Source: Candidatus Cloacimonadota bacterium (GTDB lineage: Bacteria; Muiribacteriota; UBA6191). Taken from it: DNA of 64,000 bases. Made by a program: the position numbers and the translations under genes. Within the stretch, counting starts at the first letter, position 1. Every line of letters begins with the position of its first letter. The stretch covers positions 5,349-69,348 of the forward strand of contig JACFNL010000006.1 in assembly GCA_019454875.1 (NCBI GenBank), written 5' to 3'. The notes beneath the pieces are model-generated. The model saw only the letters and a list, made by a program, of their open reading frames with translations. It was not told the origin of the DNA and did not search any database. Positions 19,001 through 29,200 of this stretch are shown piece after piece.

Positions 19001-20225
19001 AAAGACATTGGAGGCTTTAAATGCCCAGCTCCGTTCCCGAAATGTGGACGGTTTATTACAATTGACGGCGAGAATTCAGATAGATAATCCAAATTCCCTG
19101 ATCTCAAGGCTTTATACGGCCCGTGGTTTGATGTTAACCCGAAAATATGCTGAGGCCTCGGATATTCTTGAGACTATTGTATTGCCGTTTCCCCGATTCA
19201 AAAAAGTATTTCTCGATTATTTGAAGTGTCTGAATCTGGCTGGCAGAAAATTGCAATGGGAAGTTCAGGCACAAAGATTTCTGGAATATCATTTTTCAGA
19301 AAAGGTAATTCTTGGATTGGCCCGCCGCTATTTCAAGACTAAGCACTGGGAGCAGGCCCATCAGCTGCTGGCCCGTTTGTTATCGGGGACCAAACAGGCT
19401 CAATATTGGGAAAAGAAGCTGGCTTTGCCTTTAGGAAGGGTATTTTATGAGATGGGAAATTTTAAGGAAGCGTTAAAGTTTCTGGAAATTTCTGGCAGTG
19501 ACTCGTCCCTGTTTCTTCAGGCCCGCATTTATTCGGGAATGGGGCAGATGGGTAAGGCTCATTCACTGATCGCTCATGTTTCCGATAAAAATCACCCAAG
19601 AATTGCCAGGTTCAGGCTTAGTCTGGCTAGAAAATCTGGAAATCAGGAATCGGAAATTCAGGCCCTGGAGGAACTTCTGAATCACCAATGTTCCCCAAAA
19701 GACAGGGCCTTACAGCTCTACAGATTGGGGAATCTATACTGCAAGGCACAGGATTATGACAGGGCAGTACGCATATTTCATTCCCTGCAGGCCTTAGTAC
19801 CTGCAAACTTAAAAATTCTAGGTCTGAGGATTCATTGCCTGGAACAGGCTGGTTCTTTTTCAAAGGCTTTTGAACTGTGTCTTAAATTTCACCGCCGTTC
19901 TCCTTTTCATGTTAATAATCTCAGGACAGGAGTACGATTGGCACTGAATTTAGATAAATCGGATCAGGCGTATTCTCTTTTAAAAGGTGCCTGGCTTTGT
20001 GGCATTAAGGATACAGGATTGCGGATTCAATTAGCTGAGCTGTGCTTGAAACGATTGGATAGCAAAGAAGCAAAAAGAGTTCTTGAAGGTGTTTTAGAGG
20101 AATCTGGAGCAGATTCAAGAGTATATGGATTGATGGCTACGGCCTGGGAACTGGAAGGAAATATGCGGATCAGCACCTACTACAGGGAGCTCATGCGCAA
20201 ATTTTCTGTATCATCAGCGGCCTGA
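18981..20225 (+). CDS. TPR repeat protein
   Basis: TPR patterns (LGRVFYEMGNFKEAL; LGNLYCKAQDYDRAV). Confidence 0.75.
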   Translation: MSHQISKKTLEALNAQLRSRNVDGLLQLTARIQIDNPNSLISRLYTARGLMLTRKYAEASDILETIVLPFPRFKKVFLDYLKCLNLAGRKLQWEVQAQRFLEYHFSEKVILGLARRYFKTKHWEQAHQLLARLLSGTKQAQYWEKKLALPLGRVFYEMGNFKEALKFLEISGSDSSLFLQARIYSGMGQMGKAHSLIAHVSDKNHPRIARFRLSLARKSGNQESEIQALEELLNHQCSPKDRALQLYRLGNLYCKAQDYDRAVRIFHSLQALVPANLKILGLRIHCLEQAGSFSKAFELCLKFHRRSPFHVNNLRTGVRLALNLDKSDQAYSLLKGAWLCGIKDTGLRIQLAELCLKRLDSKEAKRVLEGVLEESGADSRVYGLMATAWELEGNMRISTYYRELMRKFSVSSAA

Positions 20226-20299
20226 ATTGCTTTTCTTCCCTGAATCAATCTGGTATAAAAGAGAAATTCCGAAATTTAGATCTTTTTGAAGGAGGATTC

Positions 20300-20578
20300 A
20301 TGAACAAGACGGAACTGGTCAAAGCTGTTGCAGATCGCGCTTCCATTTCTCAGGCAGATGCAGCCAAGGCACTGGATGTGTTTCTGGATACAATTAAGGG
20401 TAGTTTGAAGGATGGAGACTCAGTACAACTGATTGGATTTGGTTCTTTTAAGGTTGCTGAGCGCAAAGCCAGAAAAGGAATCAATCCCCAGACAAAAAAA
20501 GAAATTACAATTGCGGCCACTCGTGTGCCCAAGTTTGTTCCTGGAAAAGAATTTAAAGATATTCTGTCCAAGAAATAA
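20300..20578 (+). CDS. hup: DNA-binding protein HU
   Basis: MNKTELV...GFGSF...RKGINPQT...PKFVPGK. Confidence 0.97.
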   Translation: MNKTELVKAVADRASISQADAAKALDVFLDTIKGSLKDGDSVQLIGFGSFKVAERKARKGINPQTKKEITIAATRVPKFVPGKEFKDILSKK

Positions 20579-20598
20579 ACATTACCTTTTTTGTTGTG

Positions 20599-20636
20599 AA
20601 ACCGCTGGAAAGAGAACTTTCCAGCGGTTTTTCTTT
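20599..20636 (+). terminator. Intrinsic terminator after hup
   Basis: 14-bp perfect stem AAACCGCTGGAAAG/CTTTCCAGCGGTTT followed by TTCTTT. Confidence 0.85.
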
Positions 20637-20663
20637 GACAGCTTTTTAGGGTTTCGTTATACT
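20635..20663 (+). promoter_or_regulatory. sigma70 promoter of secDF
   Basis: TTGACA-N17-TATACT, near consensus. Confidence 0.75.
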
Positions 20664-20711
20664 CCTTGTCCTCTTTAAGAGGCTATCTAGTCCTGTATAA
20701 AGGAATCCAGC

Positions 20712-22274
20712 ATGAAAGAAAACTTGAAAATGAAATTGCTTGCAGTGCTAGCCCTGTTGTTGGGTAGTATTTATGTGAGCGCACCATCCCTGGGTCTGTT
20801 TCCTACGGTAAATGACATAGACCAGAACGGAATTCTGACTGAGGTAGATTTCCGGGCGTATCATAAAGAACGGCTGCAGAAAGACCCCCAGTTCCTTAAG
20901 CAGTATGATGCCGATTCTGATGGGGTCCTTAGTGAGGACGAATGGGCTAGTGTTATGGCCACTGAAAAGGACAGGCTTGGACTGGAAAGAGATCCCCGCG
21001 GTCTTCGCAAGTTTTTTTATGATAGGGAAGTTACCCTTGGGCTTGATCTTCGTGGTGGTATCGATTTGATTTACAAGGTGGAGTCTCCAAACGAACTTCA
21101 GTCGTCTCAGGAGTATGCAGCACTGGTTAGAAAAACAGTGGAGGTTTTAAAAAACCGCATTGATATGTTAAAAATCACTGAGCCTGTGGTTCAGAGGTAT
21201 GACGATACTCACATCCGCGTGCAACTGGCAGGAAATTTTGATGAAGCCCAGGTCAAGGCTGTCATGGGACAGACCGATCTTTTGAAGTTCCAGAAGGTGG
21301 CGGGACATGCAGACAGTCCAGTTCAGTTTGGAGCCAATGCCAATGACCCAAGGTATGAAATTGTCCCTTCAACAATCCCCCGCGGCAAAGACGGTCAACC
21401 TACCGGTGAGCGGACATTTTATCTTTTGGAGCGGGATGTGCCTTTGACTGGGGACACCATCGACGGGGCTTTCCCCAGTTTTGATCAGTTTGGGAAACCC
21501 CAGATCAGTCTGCGCTTCAATTCCGAGGGTGCCAAAATTTTTGCCTCACTGACCCGTGGTATGGTAGGAGAGCAGCTGGCTATTGTTCTTGGTGGGGAAG
21601 TATATATGGCCCCCAATATCAAAGAGGCCATTACTTCTGGTGAATGCAGTATCGAAGGTGCTTTTGATGTGAACTATGTTCGTGGCATTGTAGATGTTTT
21701 AAAAGCTGGTTCCCTGCCATCCAGGCTGGTATTGGAAAACGAGGCCAAGGTTGGAGCAACTCTGGGCCAGGATTCGGTAGATCGTGGTCTTAGAGCTGGT
21801 CAGATGGGGCTTGTCCTGGTGTTTGTTCTGATGATTGCCTGGTATGGCAAGGCAGGGATTTTAGCCTGTTTATCGCTAAGTCTGAATCTTTTACTTCTAT
21901 TAACCATCCTGATACTTTTGAAGGCGACTTTGACTCTTCCTGGTATTGCTGGATTGATTCTGACTGTGGGCATGTCAGTTGATGCCAACATTTTGATATT
22001 TCAAAGGATTCGCGAAGAATTACAAATTGGTAAAACGCCAATTGCAGCGATTGAGGCTGGATTTGAAAAAGCCCTTTCCGCCATTCTGGATTCCAACATC
22101 ACAACCATTCTTACCTGTCTGATTCTTTTTAATTTTGGTTCAGGGCCTTTGCAGGGTTTTGCGGTAACTCTGACCATTGGAATTATGACTAGCATGTTCA
22201 CTGCCATTATTGTGACAAAGGTTTTGATGTATACATTTATGGTCAGCAAAGACAACAGGGCATTCTCGGTTTAA
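20712..22274 (+). CDS. secD: Protein translocase subunit SecD with EF-hand insertion
   Basis: LGLDLRGG, AGSLP, TLPGIAGLILTVGMSVDANI. Confidence 0.95.
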   Translation: MKENLKMKLLAVLALLLGSIYVSAPSLGLFPTVNDIDQNGILTEVDFRAYHKERLQKDPQFLKQYDADSDGVLSEDEWASVMATEKDRLGLERDPRGLRKFFYDREVTLGLDLRGGIDLIYKVESPNELQSSQEYAALVRKTVEVLKNRIDMLKITEPVVQRYDDTHIRVQLAGNFDEAQVKAVMGQTDLLKFQKVAGHADSPVQFGANANDPRYEIVPSTIPRGKDGQPTGERTFYLLERDVPLTGDTIDGAFPSFDQFGKPQISLRFNSEGAKIFASLTRGMVGEQLAIVLGGEVYMAPNIKEAITSGECSIEGAFDVNYVRGIVDVLKAGSLPSRLVLENEAKVGATLGQDSVDRGLRAGQMGLVLVFVLMIAWYGKAGILACLSLSLNLLLLLTILILLKATLTLPGIAGLILTVGMSVDANILIFQRIREELQIGKTPIAAIEAGFEKALSAILDSNITTILTCLILFNFGSGPLQGFAVTLTIGIMTSMFTAIIVTKVLMYTFMVSKDNRAFSV

Positions 22275-23204
22275 GTGAGGTTTGATGTGAATATTGATTT
22301 TGTAGCTTCCCGCAAAACATTTTATGGAATTTCCCTGTTACTGGTTTTGGCCTCCCTGTTTTTTATTATCCAAAAAGGGATCAATTTCAGTGTGGAATTT
22401 CGTTCCGGTTCAATTCTGAAAATCCATTTTAACGAGTCTAATGTAAGTAAGGCTGAGATTGAGGCAATTCTTGCCAGTTCCCAATTTTCAGAAAAATTTA
22501 TTCAGCCTGTGGTGGTTGAGACATCCAGTACCAATATGCAGGGCGGGGCTGGTAAGGAATTTCAGATTACATCCGGTTTTATTGTGGACCAGGCCAATGA
22601 AACAGAGGCTGATCATCTGCTGGAGCTTGAGCTTCAGAAGACATGGCCATCGGCAACTGCCCTTGAGTTTGTTAATATTGGACCAACTATTGGGGAAGAT
22701 CTGAAGGAAGCAGCACTGGTATCTGTCTTTTTATCGATCCTGGTGGTGCTAGTGTACCTAGGTGTTCGATTTGATAAGCGCAATGCTGTAATTGCAGTAG
22801 CTGGAGTCACTCAGGTAGTGCTGATTGTACTTGGAGTATTTGCTCTGGTACAGGAAGAGTTTTCCTCGGCAACCATCGCGGCCTTTTTGGCCTTGATAGG
22901 GTATGCCTTAAATGACACTATTATCATTTTTGACAGGATCCGCGAAAATGTCAAATTTATGCGCCGTGAAAAAATTGAGGTAGTGATTAATGCATCCATC
23001 AATCAGACTCTGGGAAGAACTATCAAAACATCACTAACCACATTTTTGCCCGTATTGACCATGTTTTATTTTGGAGGCTCCGGGCTTCACAGTTTCAGTA
23101 TGGTTATGTTAATTGGCCTGATTGTTGGGACCTATACATCCATTTGTCAATCCGCCACCGTTTTGGTGGATTGGGAGTCTGCTCCCGAAGTTGTTGAGGA
23201 ATAG
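22275..23204 (+). CDS. secF: Protein translocase subunit SecF
   Basis: GINFSVEFRSG, IGPTIG, GYALNDTIIIFDRIRE. Confidence 0.95.
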   Translation: MRFDVNIDFVASRKTFYGISLLLVLASLFFIIQKGINFSVEFRSGSILKIHFNESNVSKAEIEAILASSQFSEKFIQPVVVETSSTNMQGGAGKEFQITSGFIVDQANETEADHLLELELQKTWPSATALEFVNIGPTIGEDLKEAALVSVFLSILVVLVYLGVRFDKRNAVIAVAGVTQVVLIVLGVFALVQEEFSSATIAAFLALIGYALNDTIIIFDRIRENVKFMRREKIEVVINASINQTLGRTIKTSLTTFLPVLTMFYFGGSGLHSFSMVMLIGLIVGTYTSICQSATVLVDWESAPEVVEE

Positions 23205-23205
23205 T

Positions 23206-24021
23206 TCAGGGAATCTGATAAATCAGCACCATACACAGAAGGTAGGTGCTGATGGTGGAAGCGTCCAGCCACTTGAGCTGATGTTCCTGGATAGAAGTTC
23301 TTTCCCTTTGAGGGTCAAACCCACGGACCTCCATGGCAATAGCTAACTGATCTGCTCTTTGCATGGAACTTTGTAACAAGGGGATCATAAGGCTTTGAAT
23401 TACTCTGGCTTTTTTGCTGAGATTTCCTCGTTTCAGGCTTGCCCCCCTGGCTTCCTGGGCACGACGGATTTTTTTAAGTTCTTCAAACAGCACAGGAATG
23501 AACCTTAGGGAAATACTCATCATCAGAGCAAATTCCTCAGCTGGAAATCCGAATCTTTTGAATGGCTTTAAGAGTTTGTCCAGTGCATAGGTGATTTCTA
23601 CGGAACTTGTGCTTAAGGTTAAAAGGGAAGATGCCAGTAAAATGGTCAGTACTCTCAGGGAGAAAAATATCCCCTTCTCCAGTCCTTCCTGAGTGCCAGC
23701 CAGCCCAAAAATCTCGAAGGTAACAGTGTGGGATTCGGGGATTTCCGAGGCAAAACTGATCCAGTTCATAAAAAATGTAAATCCCAAAAGTATAAGAAAT
23801 GGAAAATATCCTGAAATCAGAAGACGCAGGGAAAATGGTAACATCCTGATTAACAGAAGTTCTGCCAAAACTACAGCCAGAAGCTCCCAGGAACTTTTAA
23901 ACTGAAAAATCAGAATACAGTGAACTAACAGAATCAGAATCTTTAATACCGGGTGAATGCGGTGCAGAAACGAATTTCCTGGTATGGATTGTCCTAGAAC
24001 TAAATGTGTTGCCTGAGTCAT
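23206..24021 (-). CDS. ecfT: Energy-coupling factor transporter transmembrane component EcfT
   Basis: SLRFIPVL, AQEARG and AMEVRG (X-R-X) motifs. Confidence 0.9.
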   Translation of the reverse strand: MTQATHLVLGQSIPGNSFLHRIHPVLKILILLVHCILIFQFKSSWELLAVVLAELLLIRMLPFSLRLLISGYFPFLILLGFTFFMNWISFASEIPESHTVTFEIFGLAGTQEGLEKGIFFSLRVLTILLASSLLTLSTSSVEITYALDKLLKPFKRFGFPAEEFALMMSISLRFIPVLFEELKKIRRAQEARGASLKRGNLSKKARVIQSLMIPLLQSSMQRADQLAIAMEVRGFDPQRERTSIQEHQLKWLDASTISTYLLCMVLIYQIP

Positions 24022-24023
24022 AC

Positions 24024-24052
24024 TTGTCGAAGCATACCATAGGGGGTAGAAT
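24024..24052 (+). promoter_or_regulatory. sigma70-type promoter of glgC
   Basis: TTGTCG-N17-TAGAAT. Confidence 0.5.
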
Positions 24053-24087
24053 GATGGGCAAATTGGACTGTTGGCTTTAGGAGGATT

Positions 24088-25323
24088 ATGCGACCAGAGG
24101 TATTGGGGTTAATTTTAGCAGGGGGCAAGGGGACTCGTCTTGAGCCTCTTACAAAATACAGGGCAAAACCATCCGTTCCTTTTGGTGGCCGTTATCGAAT
24201 CATCGATTTTGTCTTGAGTAATTTTGTAAATTCAGGAATTTATTCGATTTATGTCCTGACCCAGTTCAAGTCACAATCGCTAACAGAGCACATTCATGAT
24301 GTATGGGCCTTTAGCACCATCATTCCAAATCAGTTTGTGACCTGTGTTCCGGCGCAAATGAACACCGGGGATTACTGGTACAAGGGCACAGCCGATGCCA
24401 TTTTTCAGAATATGAATCTGATTCGTGAACGAAACCCCCATGTAGTAGCCATTTTTGGCGGAGACCATATCTATAAGATGGATGTCTCTGCAATGGTCAG
24501 GTATCACCACGACAAGTCGGCGGATTGTACCATTGCCGCCATTGCTGTACCAATTGAGGAGGCTTCAGCCTTCGGGGTATTACAAATCGATTCGGACTGG
24601 AGAATTATCGGATTTGAAGAAAAGCCAAAAAACCCGACTCCATTGCCAAATGATCCAACTATGGCTCTGGTCAGTATGGGAAATTATGTTTTTAACACCC
24701 GTGAACTGATTCGTTCCCTGGAGATTGATGCAGATGATCAGTCAAGCACTCATGACTTTGGTAAGGATATTCTGCCCAAAATGCAGAAAGATGGCCGCCT
24801 GTTTGCTTATGACTTCCGTCGTAACATCATTCCTGGGGCCAATCCTGGTGAGTTAAACGACTACTGGAGAGATGTAGGAACCCTGGAGGCCTATTATGAG
24901 GCCAATATGGATTTAAGAAGTGTGCGGCCAGTCTTTAATCTTTATAACAAAGACTGGCCGATTCGCTGTGAGGTTAAAAACAGTCCTCCAGCCAAGTTTG
25001 TGCATTTAGGCCCGCACCGTACCGGACAGGCCATTAACTCGATTGTATGCGAGGGAGCGATTATTTCCGGGGCTACCATCAAGGACAGCGTGATCAGTTC
25101 GGATGTTCATGTCCACAGCTATTCTACTGTGGATGGCTGTATTCTTATGGATTCTGTGGAAGTGGGGCGAAACTGCTCTTTAAGGCGATGTATCATTGAT
25201 AAGCATGTCCGTATTCCGGATAACACAACCATTGGATATGATCTGGAAGAAGATAAAAAACGCTGGACCGTTACCGATGGGGGTATTGTTGTAATTGAGA
25301 AGTCCCGTAAATTTCTGGCCTGA
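24088..25323 (+). CDS. glgC: Glucose-1-phosphate adenylyltransferase
   Basis: LAGGKGTRL, RAKPSVPFGG, GTADA, GDHIYKMD, FEEKP, DFGKD, YWRDVGT. Confidence 0.97.
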   Translation: MRPEVLGLILAGGKGTRLEPLTKYRAKPSVPFGGRYRIIDFVLSNFVNSGIYSIYVLTQFKSQSLTEHIHDVWAFSTIIPNQFVTCVPAQMNTGDYWYKGTADAIFQNMNLIRERNPHVVAIFGGDHIYKMDVSAMVRYHHDKSADCTIAAIAVPIEEASAFGVLQIDSDWRIIGFEEKPKNPTPLPNDPTMALVSMGNYVFNTRELIRSLEIDADDQSSTHDFGKDILPKMQKDGRLFAYDFRRNIIPGANPGELNDYWRDVGTLEAYYEANMDLRSVRPVFNLYNKDWPIRCEVKNSPPAKFVHLGPHRTGQAINSIVCEGAIISGATIKDSVISSDVHVHSYSTVDGCILMDSVEVGRNCSLRRCIIDKHVRIPDNTTIGYDLEEDKKRWTVTDGGIVVIEKSRKFLA

Positions 25324-25387
25324 TTGTAGTACCGCCAAATTGGATTACTGCTCGCAGAATAGGGTCTATCATGTTATATAAGCGTTT

Positions 25388-26188
25388 ATGAAACTGCAAT
25401 ATTACTCCCTTAGACCTTCGGCAGATGCTGAAGCAACTTTTGCCCGATTTTTTGAATGGTTTTATGATCAGATGATGGATGAAACCGTAGACAATAGTGA
25501 TTTGGCCTGTGAAACATTGTATATGCTTGAGTGTGGTCAGATGGACTACAAGGCAGGAATGCAGCAGGCCATTGAACAGGGAAATGCGGCTTTACAGTTA
25601 AAACTGATGAATATGGATCCTCGTAATGCAGCTTTGGAACCCGAGTATTATGGGGATGTGGACAAGGTTCTTTACGCCAGAAACAAGCCGTTTTTATGGC
25701 TGTGGAGTGCGTTTGACAAGTTGCCCATCTCCAGAAATACCTTGTTTGCTTTTCCTTTCCGTCGTTTGTTAGGAGGATTTTTGTTCCGTCATCTAGGCGA
25801 GAATGTGAAGCTCTTCCACAATATAGAAATTACCTACGGATACAATCTTGTGATTGAGGACAATGTGGTGATTCATAGAGATGTGCTTTTGGATGACAGA
25901 GGTGGCATTACCATCGGAAAAAATGCCTCAGTTTCTGATTATGCAAACATATATTCGCACACACATTCCAGTAACGAAATTGCCGATGTTACCCTGCATC
26001 ATACCGTTATTGGTGCCAATGCCAGGGTAACTTACCATGCTACAGTTTTGTCAGGATCAAGCCTTGGAGAGTGGTCCATTCTTGGAGCCATGGGTCTGGC
26101 AACCAGGCCGATTGAAGAAAAGCAGATCAAGGGTGGCATTCCGGCCCGTCCCTTAGGCGTGGTGGAACCACGAGGACTTCCTTCATAA
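25388..26188 (+). CDS. Hexapeptide-repeat (LbH) O-acyltransferase
   Basis: LbH repeats (GITIGKNASVS, TVIGANARV, GIPARPL). Confidence 0.85.
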   Translation: MKLQYYSLRPSADAEATFARFFEWFYDQMMDETVDNSDLACETLYMLECGQMDYKAGMQQAIEQGNAALQLKLMNMDPRNAALEPEYYGDVDKVLYARNKPFLWLWSAFDKLPISRNTLFAFPFRRLLGGFLFRHLGENVKLFHNIEITYGYNLVIEDNVVIHRDVLLDDRGGITIGKNASVSDYANIYSHTHSSNEIADVTLHHTVIGANARVTYHATVLSGSSLGEWSILGAMGLATRPIEEKQIKGGIPARPLGVVEPRGLPS

Positions 26189-26193
26189 TTTAT

Positions 26194-26220
26194 TAAATTT
26201 GACCGCTTTTTGTCCGATTC
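26194..26220 (+). promoter_or_regulatory. Putative sigma28 (FliA/SigD/WhiG)-like promoter
   Basis: TAAA-N15-TCCGATTC upstream of the secretin gene. Confidence 0.4.
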
Positions 26221-26273
26221 AACGGTAAGAGTCTGCCTTTTTTTTGGCGACTTGTAACCTTGGAGTGAAGCGG

Positions 26274-29200
26274 ATGTTTAATTACAAGTCGGTTGCATGG
26301 CTATTGATTCTGCACCTGGTTTTACAGCCATTTTTGTTGGTTGGTACAGTGCTTTTTGCAGAAGAGGGGGATTCGGCCCCTGTGCGTCGAACTTTGAACA
26401 GAAGAAGCACTAATCCGGATCAATCACCCCCTGCTGCCCAGAATCAGGGTGAGGCGGCAACCAGTGAAAATTCTGAAACTTCCGGAACTGATACAGCTTC
26501 AGGCCCAGCAACTACAACAGGTGGCAGGCAAAGGATTCTGACTTCCATGAGCCAAAATAGAGGCTCTGTGGCCAATACCTCTTCAGCCACCGAGGTGTCC
26601 TCATCTCTTGCACTACAGGACACAGCCTATCGGGAATCTTTGGACATCCTATCGCCTGATGACACTTCCCCGGTTCTGGCAGAATCTGTTTTTGGAGCCA
26701 AGGGCAAGGTCAGAATCAACTTGGTAGCAGACAATGTGGAAATTAAAAGTATCATGGATTATCTGGCCACAGAATACAGAATCAACATCGTATCCAAGGA
26801 GATTGCCACTAACAACCGTATTAAGACCTCACTTTACGATATTCCACTGGAAACCGTATTTCAGGTACTTCTTGAGCAGTCCAATCTGTCCTATGAAAAA
26901 AGAAACGGGATTATATATCTTCAGGATCGGGGCCGTGGCCAGGATTATTTTCTGGAAGAACGGTTTTTTAAGTTGAAGCAGTTTGCCGACTTTGATTTTG
27001 CGGGAAAGCTTATCGATAACATTTCTACTTCAAGGGGCAAAAAGATCCTTCCCAATCCGGAAAAAAAGGCCTACTTTGTGGTTGAGTACAAGGCCAATCT
27101 GGAAAGAATTCAAAAGACCCTGGGTGATCTAGGATACCTTGACATCATTGATCCTGATTCATCGGTATATTCCCACCATTATCTGGCCTACAACTATGTG
27201 GATCCCAAAGTTGTGGATGAGATCATTAAAAAGCACCAGACCAAGGATGGAAAAGCCATTCCTGATGCCAAGTCCAACCGTTATATTGTGTTTGATACCA
27301 ATGCCGCCTTTGAACTAATGAAGCAGGCTCTGGATTTTATTGATGTACCCCCAGGCCAGGTGTTTGTAGATGTAAAATTTCTGGATCTGAATGATGATGA
27401 CACCAAGAGGATTGGTATGTCCCAGGTTGTGGACTGGAATGGAAACACCAATGATCAGGACAAGTTTCAGTTTTCTTTGGCTGCTGATGTGACCCGCGCC
27501 TTAAACTGGCAAGTCAGTCCTGTTGTAAATCTGGGCATGTCAGGAAACCATGATCTTTTAAACACCAAGATTATTAACAATCCCAAGGTAATGGTCATGA
27601 ATAATGACACAGCCAATATTCAGGTTACTGAGAATTTCCCCTATGTCACCAATGAAAACAGCAATGGTGTGATTTCTTCCCAGATCAATCAGGTACCTAT
27701 TGGAGTGCAGTTAAATGTTACTCCCAAAATTAATGCTAATGGTGAAGTCACCATGACACTGGAGCCTAAGGTGACTGTACTGAAGGATGTAAAAATCATT
27801 ACCACCAAGGTAATTGACACCAATCAGGCAGGGGGAAGAACCACAGAAACGGATTCAGAGTTTCCAATTATTGATGAACGCTCCATTAAAACCAATGTTA
27901 CCATTCCTAACGGTAAGACTCTGATCATTGGTGGCTTGATTAAAGAATCGGATCGCAAGGGTGTAGATCAGGTTCCGGGACTCACCAAACTACCCTTGTT
28001 AGGTCGATTTTTTCGCCGTACCACGGACGCTGAATCCAAGTCCCAGCTCTACATTTTTATTACTCCAACTATTGTCAAACAGGCACCAGTTACCTCGGCC
28101 TTCCGATCGCAGCAACTTGCAGCTGTTCCATCTCTGTCTACCAGTGTAAGTGACAGCTCCACTCAGACCAGAGTGGCAGTTCCAGGACTACAGGTAAGCT
28201 CGGCTGAACCAGAAACAAAAGCCAGACCCGGTGTTACACCTCTTAAGGAAAAGGTCGATTTTTCAACCTTTTTGCAGAAGGTGAATGCTTTACGGGAGAA
28301 GGAAAGACAGGAAAAATTTGAGGCATCCGATGTGCAGGCTAGAAATGTTCAGAAACAGGAAGGTTTTGATCATTTAATTGAAAAACTGAAGCAGGATATT
28401 CGTACCGAGTCACAAAAACCGGAAGCTGTAGCTACAAAGACATTGGTATCCACCGAGCCATCCCAAAAACTCAGTGCTCCGCTTATCCCTAAGGATGTGG
28501 TTCTAGGAGACAGGGCAGAACGCATTGCCAAGCTTCTTAGAGCATGGGAAGAAAATCCAGTGGATGGTGTTATGAAACCCAAGGAAGCAGTCGCAGATCC
28601 AATTGATCTTAGACCTCGGCCACCAGAGGCCAAGGCACTTCCCGATACAACACCTTTGAGTCAGGACATTGGGGGAGGACCAAGACGAGTGTCCGTTGCT
28701 GCCCCCGAGGTTAAAAAGATCGAGGTGGTGGTTCCCGTTGAGACCAAGGCAGAGGAAGTCAAGGCCTTGGTTGAAGACCCGATTCAGATGGATTATTTCT
28801 CACCGTTAGGAATTGCTCCTGATGCCAGGAAAAGGCGGGCTGTTGAGGATCCGGTGTTTAGATTTGGAGACATTAACGGAACCAGACCGAATCCGAATGC
28901 AGCTCCTGTTAACACTTCGGCACCAGAGGTTATGGAGACAGACATACCCTCGGAGGAAGCAGCAGGCGAGACTACTTCAGAAACTTCGGAAGCACCGACA
29001 CGCAGACGAAAGGTTGGTTTTTTTGAGGAGCCCATGTCCCCCAATCAGTTTCTGCCCGTACCTAAAGTTGAAACTCCTTTAAAAAAGGTTGTGTCAACTG
29101 GCTCGAATCGCAGCTTTGAGTTTACTGTGCGACCTACGGAAACCAAAGGTGATAAAACTTCGGGCTCACAAAACTGGGTGGATGACTTTTTGGAAAGAGA

